From NCBI GenBank assembly GCA_965249645.1, contig CBDFML010000010.1, positions 488,232-552,231 of the forward strand: DNA of 64,000 nt, in the 5' to 3' direction. Positions 9,765 through 19,210 of this stretch are shown here, one piece after another. A program made the position numbers and the translations under genes. The stretch is from Alphaproteobacteria bacterium. GTDB taxonomy: Bacteria; Pseudomonadota; Alphaproteobacteria; UBA828; JAPUJA01. The notes under the pieces are model-generated. The model saw only the letters and a program-made list of their open reading frames with translations. It was not told the DNA's origin and ran no database searches. The number at the start of each line of letters is the position of its first letter. The first letter of the stretch is position 1.

Positions 9765-10254
9765 CCGGCTGAGCCTCGGCAGCGGCCTTGTTCGGGTTCT
9801 TTGCCGTCGGCTTGTTCAAACCGGTCGATCGCGGCGCTCAATCGCGCCAGTCCCGATGGTGGCCTGTACCGGTGGGGCGACAAGATCCGCGACAATCTTG
9901 TAGCGAGCCGGCTCGGTTGCCGGTGCCTTGTGCAGCGCCGCTCCTTGATACGCCGTTTCATCCTGCTCGCCGTTCGCTTTCGGACGTGGCCGCGAGCCAG
10001 AGCAATTCGCGACCGAGCGCGATGCGTAAGCGACGAAGCAGCACCGCTCGCGCGTGCACCGAGCGATAGTCCGGTGAGGCGCCAACGACCCGGTGAATGC
10101 GATGGCCGATGGCGCGGATCCGCCGGCAATAAGCCGCCCGCTCCTCGGCGCGTCGCACCGGCGCAGGCATTCACCGAAACCTTGGCGCCTGCGCAGTTAC
10201 CGCGCGGGCAGCCCGGGCCCGGATCTCATGCCGGGCGATACCGCGGGAACGGCT

Positions 10255-10260
10255 TGCAAG
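10255..10260. repeat. Target-site duplication TGCAAG (left copy) of the IS21-family element
   Basis: TGCAAG lies immediately outside both proposed IS termini (10255..10260 and 12830..12835). Confidence 0.65.
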
Positions 10261-10288
10261 TGAGAACGGCGGCGCAATAATCCCCCAC
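10261..10288. repeat. IS21-family left terminal inverted repeat (outer); inner copy at 10313..10335
   Basis: TGAGAACGGCGGCGCAATAATCCCCCAC compared with the reverse complement of the right end, TGTCAATGGCGGAGCAAAAAGGGACCAC. Confidence 0.6.
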
Positions 10289-10377
10289 TGAAGCGGCCGG
10301 TTGATCCGGCTGTGGCGGACCAAAATGGGACCGTCTATAGCCTTCTGTCAGGGTTGCTCTGACTGGAAGGCGGGGGG

Positions 10378-11877
10378 ATGTATCGGGTGGAGTTGTACGC
10401 GCGGGTCCGGCGGGCGTGTCGTGTCGAGGGGATGAGCACCCGCGAGGCCTCGCGGGTGTTCGGGCTGGACCGCAAGACGGTGCGCAAGATGCTGTCGTTC
10501 TCGGTGCCGCCGGGATATCGCCGGAGCGTGCCGCGGAGGCGTCCGAAGCTGGACGCATTCACGGGGATTATCGATCGGATCCTGGAGGACGATCGGACCA
10601 GCCACCACAAGCAACGGCACACGGCGAAGCGGATCTTCGACCGTCTCCGGGACGAGTACGGGTTCACCGGCGGCTACACCATCGTGAAGGACTATGTCCG
10701 TGAGCGGCGGCTTCGGTCGCGCGAGATGTTCGTGCCGCTCGTCCATTCCCCCGGCCACGCCGAGGCGGACTTCGGCGAGGCGATGGCGGTGATCGGCGGT
10801 GTGGCGCGCAAGGTCCACTTCCTTGCCTTCGACCTTCCCCACAGTGATGGTTGCTTCGTGAAGGCCTATCCGGCGGAGACGACCGAGGCGTTCTGCGATG
10901 GCCACAACGCGGCGGTTGCGTTCTTCGGCGGCGTCCCCCGCTCCATCCTGTACGACAACACCAAGCTGGCGGTTGCCCGCATCCTGGGCGATGGAAAGCG
11001 GCAGCGAACGCGCGTCTTCACGGAGCTGCAATCCCACTATCTGTTCGAGGACAGGTTCGGCCGGCCGGGCAAGGGCAACGACAAAGGCAAGGTCGAGGGA
11101 CTGGTCGGCTTCATCCGGCGGAACTTCCTGGTCCCCGTCCCGCGGGCCGAGAGCATCGAGGCGCTGAACGATGATCTCGCGGGACAGTGCCGCCGGCGCC
11201 AGGCGGCGCGGCTGCGGGGTCACAAGGAGACCATCGGCGAGCGCCTCGCGCGGGATCGCCAAGCTCTGCTACCGCTACCCCCGGCACCATACGATGCCTG
11301 CGACAAGCGTCCCGGGCGGGTGAGTTCGCTGTCGCTGTTGCGCTACCGCGGCAACGACTACTCCGTACCCGTGGCCTACGGCCACCGCGAGGTACTGATC
11401 CGGGGCTATGTCGACGAGGTGATGATCAGCTGCGGGGCCGAGGTGATCGCCCGGCACCGCCGGTCCTATGACAGCGAGGACCTGATCTTCGACCCGCTGC
11501 ATTATCTGCCATTGATCGAGCAGAAGATCGGCGCCCTCGACCAGGCCGCGCCGTTGGCGGGCTGGGACCTGCCCGAGGCCTTCATCACTCTGCGACGCCT
11601 GCTCGAAGCCCGCATGGGCAAGGCGGGCAAGCGCGAGTACGTCCAGGTGTTGCGTCTGCTGGAGACCTTCCGGCCCGAGGAGGTCGAGGGTGCGGTCGGC
11701 GACGCCCTGCGGCTTGGCACGATCGGCTTCGATGCCGTCAAGCACCTGGTGCTGTGTCGGACCGAGCGACGGCCGCCTCGACTGGATCTCGACGTCTATC
11801 CGTACCTGCCGCGCGCCCGGGTCGCGATAACGTCTGCCAAATCGTACATGAGCCTGCTGTCGGGGCTCCGCGCATGA
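10378..11877 (+). CDS. istA: IS21-family transposase IstA
   Basis: 499 aa. N-terminal HTH (STREASRVFGLDRKTVRKM), DDE core (HAEADFGE..LYDNTKLAV) and the typical IstA C-terminus. Confidence 0.93.
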   Translation: MYRVELYARVRRACRVEGMSTREASRVFGLDRKTVRKMLSFSVPPGYRRSVPRRRPKLDAFTGIIDRILEDDRTSHHKQRHTAKRIFDRLRDEYGFTGGYTIVKDYVRERRLRSREMFVPLVHSPGHAEADFGEAMAVIGGVARKVHFLAFDLPHSDGCFVKAYPAETTEAFCDGHNAAVAFFGGVPRSILYDNTKLAVARILGDGKRQRTRVFTELQSHYLFEDRFGRPGKGNDKGKVEGLVGFIRRNFLVPVPRAESIEALNDDLAGQCRRRQAARLRGHKETIGERLARDRQALLPLPPAPYDACDKRPGRVSSLSLLRYRGNDYSVPVAYGHREVLIRGYVDEVMISCGAEVIARHRRSYDSEDLIFDPLHYLPLIEQKIGALDQAAPLAGWDLPEAFITLRRLLEARMGKAGKREYVQVLRLLETFRPEEVEGAVGDALRLGTIGFDAVKHLVLCRTERRPPRLDLDVYPYLPRARVAITSAKSYMSLLSGLRA

Positions 11878-12638
11878 CCGACACGCCGCAGGTGCTGCTC
11901 GTCCACCACCTCAAGAGGCTGAAGCTGCCGACGTTCCTGAGGGAGTACGACAAGATCGCCCGGCAGTGTGCCTCGGAAGGCGTCGACCACGTTCGCTATC
12001 TTCTGCGTCTTGCCGAGCTCGAGCTGATCGCCCGCGAGCGCCGCATGGTCGAGCGGCGCATCAAGGCGGCGCGCTTCCCCGTGATCAAGAGCCTCGACAG
12101 CTTCGACTTCAAGGTCATCCCCTCGCTCAACAAGACGCTGGTCCTGGAGCTGGCCCGCTGCGCGTACATCGAGCGCCGCGAGAACCTCATCGCGCTCGGC
12201 AACAGCGGCACCGGCAAGACCCACATCGCCCTCGGTCTCGGCCTGGCGGCCTGCCAGAAGGGCCTCTCGGTCGGCTTCATCACCGCCGCCGCACTGGTCC
12301 ACGAGCTCATCGAGGCCCGCGATGACAAGCAGCTGCTGAGGTTCCAGAAGAAGCTCGCCACCTACAAGCTTCTGATCGTCGACGAACTCGGCTTCGTGCC
12401 GCTGTCCAAGACCGGCGCCGAGCTCCTGTTCGAGGTGTTCAGCCAGCGCTACGAGCGGGGCTCGACCCTGGTCACCACCAATCTGCCCTTCGACGAATGG
12501 ACCGAGGTGTTCGGCTCCGAGCGCCTCACCGGCGCTCTCCTCGACCGCCTCACCCACCACGTCAACATCCTCGAGATGAATGGCGAGAGCTACAGGCTCA
12601 ACCAGAGCCGCAGGCGTCAAACCCCGACGGCGAACTGA
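11874..12638 (+). CDS. istB: IS21-family helper ATPase IstB
   Basis: MTDTPQVLL.. from the ATG at 11874, overlapping the istA stop. Walker A GNSGTGKTH and Walker B LLIVDELG. Confidence 0.93.
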   Translation: MTDTPQVLLVHHLKRLKLPTFLREYDKIARQCASEGVDHVRYLLRLAELELIARERRMVERRIKAARFPVIKSLDSFDFKVIPSLNKTLVLELARCAYIERRENLIALGNSGTGKTHIALGLGLAACQKGLSVGFITAAALVHELIEARDDKQLLRFQKKLATYKLLIVDELGFVPLSKTGAELLFEVFSQRYERGSTLVTTNLPFDEWTEVFGSERLTGALLDRLTHHVNILEMNGESYRLNQSRRRQTPTAN

Positions 12639-12801
12639 ACCGACCACCCAGCCCACGCTTGACCCCGTGGGCCCACAGGTCCCTCCCGCGCGCGCCGCCG
12701 CGTCGGCCTGTTGAGGGCACGCCGCGTCGCACGCGGGGCCCTCCCATGGACTACGGGGACAAGCCCGCAGCCGCCAAGTGGTCCCTTCTTACACCGCCAC
12801 G

Positions 12802-12829
12802 GTGGTCCCTTTTTGCTCCGCCATTGACA
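12802..12829. repeat. IS21-family right terminal inverted repeat (outer); inner copy at about 12778..12800
   Basis: See the left repeat. Two tandem copies of GTGGTCCCTT(C/T)TT..CCGCCA. Confidence 0.6.
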
Positions 12830-12835
12830 TGCAAG
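12830..12835. repeat. Target-site duplication TGCAAG (right copy)
   Basis: Identical hexamer abutting the right IS terminus. Confidence 0.65.
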
Positions 12836-13118
12836 GGATGCCGCAGCGGCGTCCATCGCGGCGCGGGTTGCATCGGAAGTTCTTGATGCCCCGCGGGCGG
12901 GAGCCTGTCGATTATGCATGGCGTCGATCCTCACTTAGGATGGCCTGAGATTACCATGTTGGTTGATAAAAAGCCAAGCAATTTCTTCCGATAAGGAAGA
13001 CCTTGTACCGCCAAATTGGAAAATTTCCGGAAATCCCGGCGGTCAAACCGTGTAGGAGGCCGGCATTTGAATGCCAACAAGAGCATCGGCTGCCAACAGG
13101 CGACCGGGCAGGGGGCGC

Positions 13119-13700
13119 TTAGATTCGCTTGACCCAACGGACAGGGGCTGCCCATTGGATGACGACGTCCGCGATTTCCGGCGCGTTGTGTGAAAGCAGG
13201 GTGTAGAGGCCGGAAGCGGAGCCGCGGATTATACGTTTCACCAACATTCGTTCGTCAGCCAGACGGACGACGCATTCGCGCCCCAGATAGCTCGATTCCG
13301 GAGCGCCATCGGCGCCGTGATAGAAAATCAGATCGCCGTCGTTATAGCCGGGATACATGCTCTCGCCGCGCACGATGACAGCCACGATTTCGTCGCTTTC
13401 GCCGGGCGGCACCTCAACCTCGTCAAGGCCGTGACCCAAAGGATGATCGTCGAACGGGTAGACTTCTTCGCCGGCACCCACGTAGCCGACAACCGCGGCC
13501 CGTCTGGGTGCGGTATCGGGCAGCAGATCGGCCGGATGGCAGCCTAGCGCGCGCGACACGCGAACCATCCATTCATGTGTCAGGCGCCGCTTGCCGGTCT
13601 CGAGCCGGTGGATTTGCTGGTTGGTCGTATGGGCGCGCTGGGCCACCTGCTCAAGGGTCAGACCCTGGCGTTTGCGAAGTTCGCGCAACCGGTTTTCCAT
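13119..13700 (-). CDS. CI/LexA-type repressor: XRE HTH plus S24 peptidase domain
   Basis: ORF 13119..13736. HTH LTLEQVAQRAHTTNQQIHRLETGKR and S24-like core VIVRGESMYPGYNDGDLIFY..VKRI. The ATG at 13700 is the likelier start. Confidence 0.85.
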   Translation of the reverse strand: MENRLRELRKRQGLTLEQVAQRAHTTNQQIHRLETGKRRLTHEWMVRVSRALGCHPADLLPDTAPRRAAVVGYVGAGEEVYPFDDHPLGHGLDEVEVPPGESDEIVAVIVRGESMYPGYNDGDLIFYHGADGAPESSYLGRECVVRLADERMLVKRIIRGSASGLYTLLSHNAPEIADVVIQWAAPVRWVKRI

Positions 13701-13821
13701 AGGCGATATTCCACCTAGTTTGGCGGAAAAGAGCAATTCCTATTTTGGTGAAAATCTTGTTGAATAATATACCTGTAATGGTGGATATTGACCGTTCGTA
13801 TTCATCGAAACAAGTCCACGG

Positions 13822-14487
13822 GTGCCAGACGACGGCCCCGCAAAGCCACTTCGACGGATGGAAGGAAGCAAATCAATGGCAGACACGAGGAAACATCGAT
13901 CCGAGGATCGACCGAACCAGACGTCTGCGACGCTCGATCGACGGCGCGCAGACGTCACGACCTCGAAGCCAGCGGCGCGTCGCAAGGCGGCGAGCTTCGG
14001 GTCGAGGACCGCAACCGGGGTGGGGCGCCGCCGGCTTTCGAGTACAGACCACGCAGGACCTACTGCGGAAACACTTGCCAAGCTACGACCTGATCCAATC
14101 GTCTTGCTGGCTTTGCGGGGCGATCTTGGGCGTGAACACCGGGTTGCCGTTCAGGAAATCCGGCAGGCGGTGGCGGTCGTCACCCAACCCGTAGCACTCC
14201 GCGTGAGTAATCCGCTGCGCGTTGCCGGCCCGACCCACCCGCTCGAAAGGGAGAGCGAACGGAATGCGCGACTCAAACGCCGCTATCTCTCCTGGATCGA
14301 CGAACTCGGTCGCCGGGAAATTCCGACCTGGCCGGTGTTCGACGTGGTGATCGACGAATTGTCGTGTCGACAGAGCGATCGTGGGCGCCGCAAGCGGGCG
14401 GGAACGGCGCGTCGGTTGCTCGTGAGCGCATTGGATGTTTATTGCGAATTGTCCGGCTGGCCGACGAAAGGCGGCAAGACGAATTAA
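13822..14487 (+). CDS. Hypothetical protein with an Arg-rich N-terminus, divergent from the repressor gene
   Basis: ORF 13822..14487 stops just before an AT-rich spacer. Its mirror ORF 14083..14622(-) shares codon boundaries and runs through that spacer, so the + frame is preferred. No family recognised. Confidence 0.4.
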   Translation: MPDDGPAKPLRRMEGSKSMADTRKHRSEDRPNQTSATLDRRRADVTTSKPAARRKAASFGSRTATGVGRRRLSSTDHAGPTAETLAKLRPDPIVLLALRGDLGREHRVAVQEIRQAVAVVTQPVALRVSNPLRVAGPTHPLERESERNARLKRRYLSWIDELGRREIPTWPVFDVVIDELSCRQSDRGRRKRAGTARRLLVSALDVYCELSGWPTKGGKTN

Positions 14488-14622
14488 ACGTTCTAATTGC
14501 AGCGTCGTTAACCATTGATCAACCAAATTTTCCGATCTTAACAGCACGTAATTTCGTGGCGTCGACTGCGAAACATCCTCGGATTCCCGATTGGTGGATC
14601 GCGCCGCAAAGGAACAAAACAT

Positions 14623-17600
14623 TTGGTCAATTTGACCCTGCCCGGAGAGAACGCCTCACCTGACGTTGTCGAGCCGGACCAGGGCCCCAAAGTTCCTGTG
14701 CCGTCGCCGACCGGTTCCCCGGGAGAACTCATCCATTATCTGCCGGTTCCCGTGTGTATCGAGGACTGGTCGCGCATGCACGAGATGGTGGCCGGTCTCC
14801 AGTCACACAGCGTCAGCGACTGGGAGAATTTTGTCGCTGCCGACCAGCCTGGCGCCGAGACCCTCGAATGTGCCGTCCGGGTTGTCGATGTTAACGACGC
14901 GGGCCTCCGGTATTTCGGCGTGCCCGGCAAGTTGGACCTGACGGCCCGTTCCGGTGGTGCCCTTGGCTGGAGTGATAGTGGGCGTGCCATGCGAGCGGCG
15001 GCCGTGGCTGCTTTCGCACGCGGCGAGACCGTGTGGGAAGGACAGGGCGATGTCGCGATCGGCGAAAGCAGTCACCGCCCGGTTCGAATTACGGCGACTC
15101 TGGACGATGTGACGAAAGGCGACTGGGCTCGCGTCATCGTGACAATTCAGGATCTGGCCGATGGGGCTCATGCGGCGAGCGACGAGAACGACACCGAGGC
15201 CGCGTTGCGCGAGAGCGAGGTACGCTTTCGGACGATCGTGGAGAACCTGCCTGGCACGGTCTATCGCTCGACCTTCGGCGATGACGGCACGATGGTTTAT
15301 CTTAGCCAGGGGATCGAAGATCTGACCGGCTACCGGGCCGACGAATTGATCGGTCAGTCCAAGCAAAGCTATAAAAAGCTGATCCATCCCGAGGATTGGC
15401 CGCGTGTTCGCGATGCCTTTAACACCGGCGGCGAGCGGAGAGAACCGGTCGAGGCGCAGTACCGGATCCGGCGCCGAGATGGGAGCATCCGCTGGGTCTC
15501 TGAACGCGGTCAACCGATCTACGACGACGATGACAACGCCTTGTGGTTCGACGGCGTGGTCTTCGACATCACGGAACTGAAAGACGTTGAGCAGGATCTG
15601 GCCAGCGCTCACGTCAAGCTGCGAGAGAGTGAGTTCAAATTCCGCGCCATGATCGGGAACGTGCCCGCCGCCATCTATCAGGCGCTACCCGATGAAAACT
15701 GGACCGATCTTTTTATCAGCGACGCGGTGGAAGATATCACAGGCTATCCGGCGACGGACTTCATTGGCTCGCAGGTGCGCACCTGGAGCAGCGTTATCCA
15801 TCCCGACGATCGGTCCCGATACCACGTAAGCGGCACAGAGGAGCTGAAAGCGCAACAGCCCTACCTCGTTGAATACCGGATCTGTCATGCCGACGGCAGC
15901 GTGCGTTGGGTCCGCGAGCGCGTGCGCGGCATTTATTCGGACGACGGCGAACTGCAGTGGATGACCGGTGCGATCCACGACGTCACCGAACAGGTGAAAA
16001 CCCAGGAGGCTCGGCGCGAGGATGAGGAGCGGTTCCGCGCCATGGTGGCAAACGTGCCCGGCGCCATTTATCAGGCTGTTCCCGATGACGAATGGACAGA
16101 CGTCTTCATGAGCGATGCGATTGCCGAAATCACCGGCTATCCCGCATCGGATTTCACCGGTGCCTGGATCCGGAGCTGGTCGAGCATCGTGCATCCGGAC
16201 GACTAGTCACTTTATATGATGTCAGGCTCGCACGAGCTTGAGAATAAAGAGCCCTATACCGTCGAGTATCGGATTTTCCACTCTGACGGCAGCATGCGCT
16301 GGCTGCGCGAGCAAGGTCGAGGCATTTTCGACGACGATGATAAACTCGTGTCGATGACCGGCGCGATTTTCGACGTGACCGAACAGGTGCGTAACCGGGA
16401 CGCCCGGCGCGACGAAGAAGAGCGGTTCCGCGCCATGGTGGCGAACGTGCCTGGTGTGATCTACCGAAGCGCCGCCGACAAGGACTGGACGGTTGAATAC
16501 ATCAGCGACGCTGTTCGGGATCTCACGGGGTATCCAGCCGGCGACTTCCTCGGCGACCGAGTGCGCAGCTTCGCCAGCGTGATTCATCCCGACGACACCG
16601 GCCCGGTCGAAGAAGCGGTGGCCGAGGCCCTCGCGGTGCAACAGCCCTACATCATCGATTACCGGGTGGTCCATGCGGACGGCTCGCTTCGCTATGTTCA
16701 CGAGAAAGGGCAGGGGATCTTCGACCCGTCCGGGGAGTTCAAGCACCTCGACGGAGCGGTGTTCGACGTGACCGAACACAAGCAGACCCAACTCGCGCTC
16801 GAAGACAGCTTCGAAGAGATCGACGCCATCCTTAATTCGGCGGTCGATCCCATCATCACCATTGACGAGGTTGGTGCGATCGAGCGCTTTAACCCGGCGG
16901 CGGAGAACGTATTCGGCTATTCCGCCGAGGAGGTGGCAGGGCAGAATGTGAAGATGCTGATGCCCGAGCCTTATCGCTCGGAACATGACGGCTATGTTGC
17001 CGCCTACCTGACGACGGGGGTGGCCAAAGTGATCGGCACCAGCCGCGAGGTTACAGGCACGCGCAAGGACGGCAGCGAATTTCCGCTCGATCTCGCGTTG
17101 GGCGACATCCGCATGCAGGAGTCTCGGAAATTCGTCGGAACCCTGCGCGATATTTCCGAGAGGAAGGAAGCAGAGCGGGCCTTGCTAGAAAGCGAAGCGC
17201 GTTTTCGCAGCATGGTCACGAATGTGCCCGGGGCGTTCTACCGCACGGAGCTTGATGGACGGACGCTGTTCATGAGCGATGGAATTGAGACGATCACCGG
17301 CTACGCGGCGGGTGAGTTTCTCGACACCCCGATCCAGCAAGGCCGGCATTTTCTCTATGAAGAAGATGCTCCCTTGGTCGAGGCGGCGCTCAATGCATGC
17401 CTGCGCACGGGCGAGCCGTTCAGCGTGGAATACCGGATTCGCCACGCCGACGGCTCGATGCGCTGGCTTCATGAGCTTGGCCAGGCCATGCCTGATCCGG
17501 GCAACGGGCAACCACGCTGGATCGATGGGTTCGTCCTCGACATTACCGAGAGAAAGACTGCCGATGCCCTCGTCCATGCCGCGCGCGACGAAGCGGAGCG

Positions 17601-18354
17601 GGCAAACAAGGCCAAGAGCCAGTTCCTTGCCGGAATGAGCCACGAATTGCGCACGCCTCTCAACGCGGTGATCGGCTTTTCCGAAGCGATCCGCACCGAG
17701 ATGGTCGGCCCAATAGGCAACCCGAAATACGTCGCCTACGCCAAGGACATCAACGATTCGGGCTGCCACCTGCTGGAGCTGATCAACGACCTGTTCGACA
17801 TGTCGAAGATTGAAACAGGGCACACCGAACTGATTGAGGAACATGTCTCGATCGAGGAGCTGGTTGGCGCTTCGCTCAGTATGCTGCGCCAACGTGCCGA
17901 GGAGAACGGCGTGACGCTGGAATCGACGCTGCCCGAGAACGCGCCGAACCTCTATGCCGACCGACTCAAGCTCAAGCAGGTGTTGATCAACCTGCTCACC
18001 AACGCCGTGAAGTTCACGCCCGAGGGCGGTACCGTGCGGCTCGACGTCATCGAGGATATCGACGGCGGTATCGAGTTCCGGGTCTCCGATACGGGCATCG
18101 GCATGGCGCCGGAGGAGATTCCGATGGCGCTCGAACAGTTCGGCCAGGTCGACGGCTCCAAGCCCGGTACCCGCGAAGGCACCGGCCTCGGTCTGCCGAT
18201 CTCGAAGTCGCTTGTCGAGCTGCACGAGGGCCGATTCGAGATCGAAAGTGCGCCGGGCGAGGGCACCACAGTTCGCGTCATTCTGCCCGGGCAGCGGGTG
18301 TTCGATGCCAGTGTCGAGATGCCCCAGACGGTGAACCGGCGCCAGGTTTCCTAG
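14623..18354 (+). pseudogene. Cytoplasmic multi-PAS (six canonical PAS plus one N-terminal PAS-like region) FixL-like sensor histidine kinase, interrupted by an in-frame TAG at 16204..16206
   Basis: ORFs 14623..16206 and 16216..18354 are in the same frame (offset 1593 nt). The stop falls inside the third PAS repeat (IVHPDD*SLYMMSG versus VIHPDDRSRYHVSG). H-box SHELRTPLN; HATPase GTGLGLPISKSLVELHEG. No TM segments or receiver domain seen. Confidence 0.85.
16828..17165 (+). other. FixL-type heme-binding PAS domain within the kinase
   Basis: NVKMLMPEPYRSEHDGYVAAYLTTGVAKVIGTSREVTGTRKDGSEFPLDLALGDI closely parallels, from memory, the Bradyrhizobium FixL heme pocket [32 protein letters not shown]. 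The candidate proximal His codon is at 16984..16986. Confidence 0.75.
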
Positions 18355-18848
18355 CCGTCGTCGGGGCTAAGCAGCGCGTCAAAATCTTTTCCGTCCGCCG
18401 ACCAGGCGAGATAGTTGGGCTCGGCCTCGCCGACCTTGGCGTAAAAGGCGTTGCCGATGGCGTTGTCTTTTTTTGCCATCCAGGTGAGGTATTGCCCCCC
18501 GGTCGCGGCGTTCTCGCGCGCGATCGCGGCCATTAGCCGGCGGGCAAGACCCGTGCCGCGCGCCGCAGGATTGACCCAAAGATCCTCGACGTACGCGCCG
18601 CGCCGGCCGCCGAGCGCGTCGTACTCCGGATACCAAAGGGTGTAGCCGACCAGCGAGCCCGCCTCGTCCTCGGCGACGAAGACACGAAACGCCGGGGAAT
18701 CGGCAAAGCCGTCTCGGCGAAAGCGTGCAGCGTCCATCAGGACGGGCGCGCGCTTGTCGTGCTCGTTCAGAGCAACGGTCATGGCGACTACGGCGTCGGC
18801 GTCGTCGAGGCGGGCCGGATGGTGTAGGACATGGCGAAGCTCCAGCAA
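18351..18848 (-). CDS. GNAT-family N-acetyltransferase
   Basis: 165 aa. The acetyl-CoA motif region LWVNPAARGTGLARRLMAAI. Its 3' end overlaps the kinase stop by 4 nt (convergent). Confidence 0.85.
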   Translation of the reverse strand: MLELRHVLHHPARLDDADAVVAMTVALNEHDKRAPVLMDAARFRRDGFADSPAFRVFVAEDEAGSLVGYTLWYPEYDALGGRRGAYVEDLWVNPAARGTGLARRLMAAIARENAATGGQYLTWMAKKDNAIGNAFYAKVGEAEPNYLAWSADGKDFDALLSPDDG

Positions 18849-18930
18849 ATTTCGGTGGGGGCATCCAACTTTTTTTACACGGGTCTTGCAAGTGCCTGAA
18901 TCGGTAGGAAAAGAAAATCCAACAAAATGG

Positions 18931-18960
18931 TTGACAAATGGGGATCACTGGATGTATGCT
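18931..18960 (+). promoter_or_regulatory. Sigma70-like promoter: TTGACA, 18-nt spacer, TATGCT
   Basis: A perfect -35 hexamer at 18931..18936 and a -10-like TATGCT at 18955..18960, in a GC-rich context with no gene immediately downstream. Confidence 0.45.
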
Positions 18961-18966
18961 TCAGAC

Positions 18967-19027
18967 ATCATCGCAACAGGTGACAGAGAGGCGACCCGCT
19001 GAGTCCCGAGGGCTGGCGGGTTTTTTG
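18967..19027 (+). ncRNA. Candidate short transcript (about 60 nt) between the orphan promoter and an intrinsic terminator
   Basis: Defined only by the promoter at 18931..18960 and the terminator at 18995..19026. No known RNA family recognised. It could also encode a 16-codon peptide (MYASDIIATGDREATR). Confidence 0.3.
18995..19026 (+). terminator. Rho-independent terminator
   Basis: CCCGCTGAGTCCCGAGGGCTGGCGGG forms a GC-rich hairpin (outer CCCGC/GCGGG, inner AGTCC/GGGCT) and is followed directly by TTTTTT. Confidence 0.6.
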
Positions 19028-19210
19028 TTGCAGTATTTTCAATAGCTTAAAGAATTATCGGCGACGAGCCGCATCACGGGGCGGTTCGTTGGGCGGCTCA
19101 GTGTATCTCCACCGAATCAGGGGACTGGTAGAGCGGTTACAGGCCTGAGGCTGGAAGCCCGGGCGGGCGGCAAACGAAATTATTCAACGAGGGAAGGGCA
19201 AGGAGCGGCC

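Larger units (their letters stand above)
10261..12829 (+). mobile_element. IS21-family insertion sequence, apparently intact (2569 bp)
   Basis: istA and istB overlap by ATGA. The termini start TG..CA and match in 19 of 28 positions. An inner repeat TGGCGGACCAAAATGGGACC (10313..) matches TGGCGGAGCAAAAAGGGACC at the right end. The element is flanked by a 6-bp direct repeat. Confidence 0.8.

Noticed and set aside
9765-10260. Possible gene relic on the minus strand (frames such as MPAPVRRAEERAAYCRRIRAIGHRIHRV..)
   Set aside because: The frames break repeatedly and no family motif is recognisable. Treated as non-coding or decayed DNA.
14083-14622. 179-aa minus-strand ORF mirroring the 13822..14487 ORF
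   Set aside because: It shares codon boundaries with the plus ORF, so GC3 cannot separate them well. Its N-terminal 45 codons run through an AT-rich intergenic-looking stretch, whereas the plus ORF ends cleanly before it. The plus frame is kept, at low confidence.
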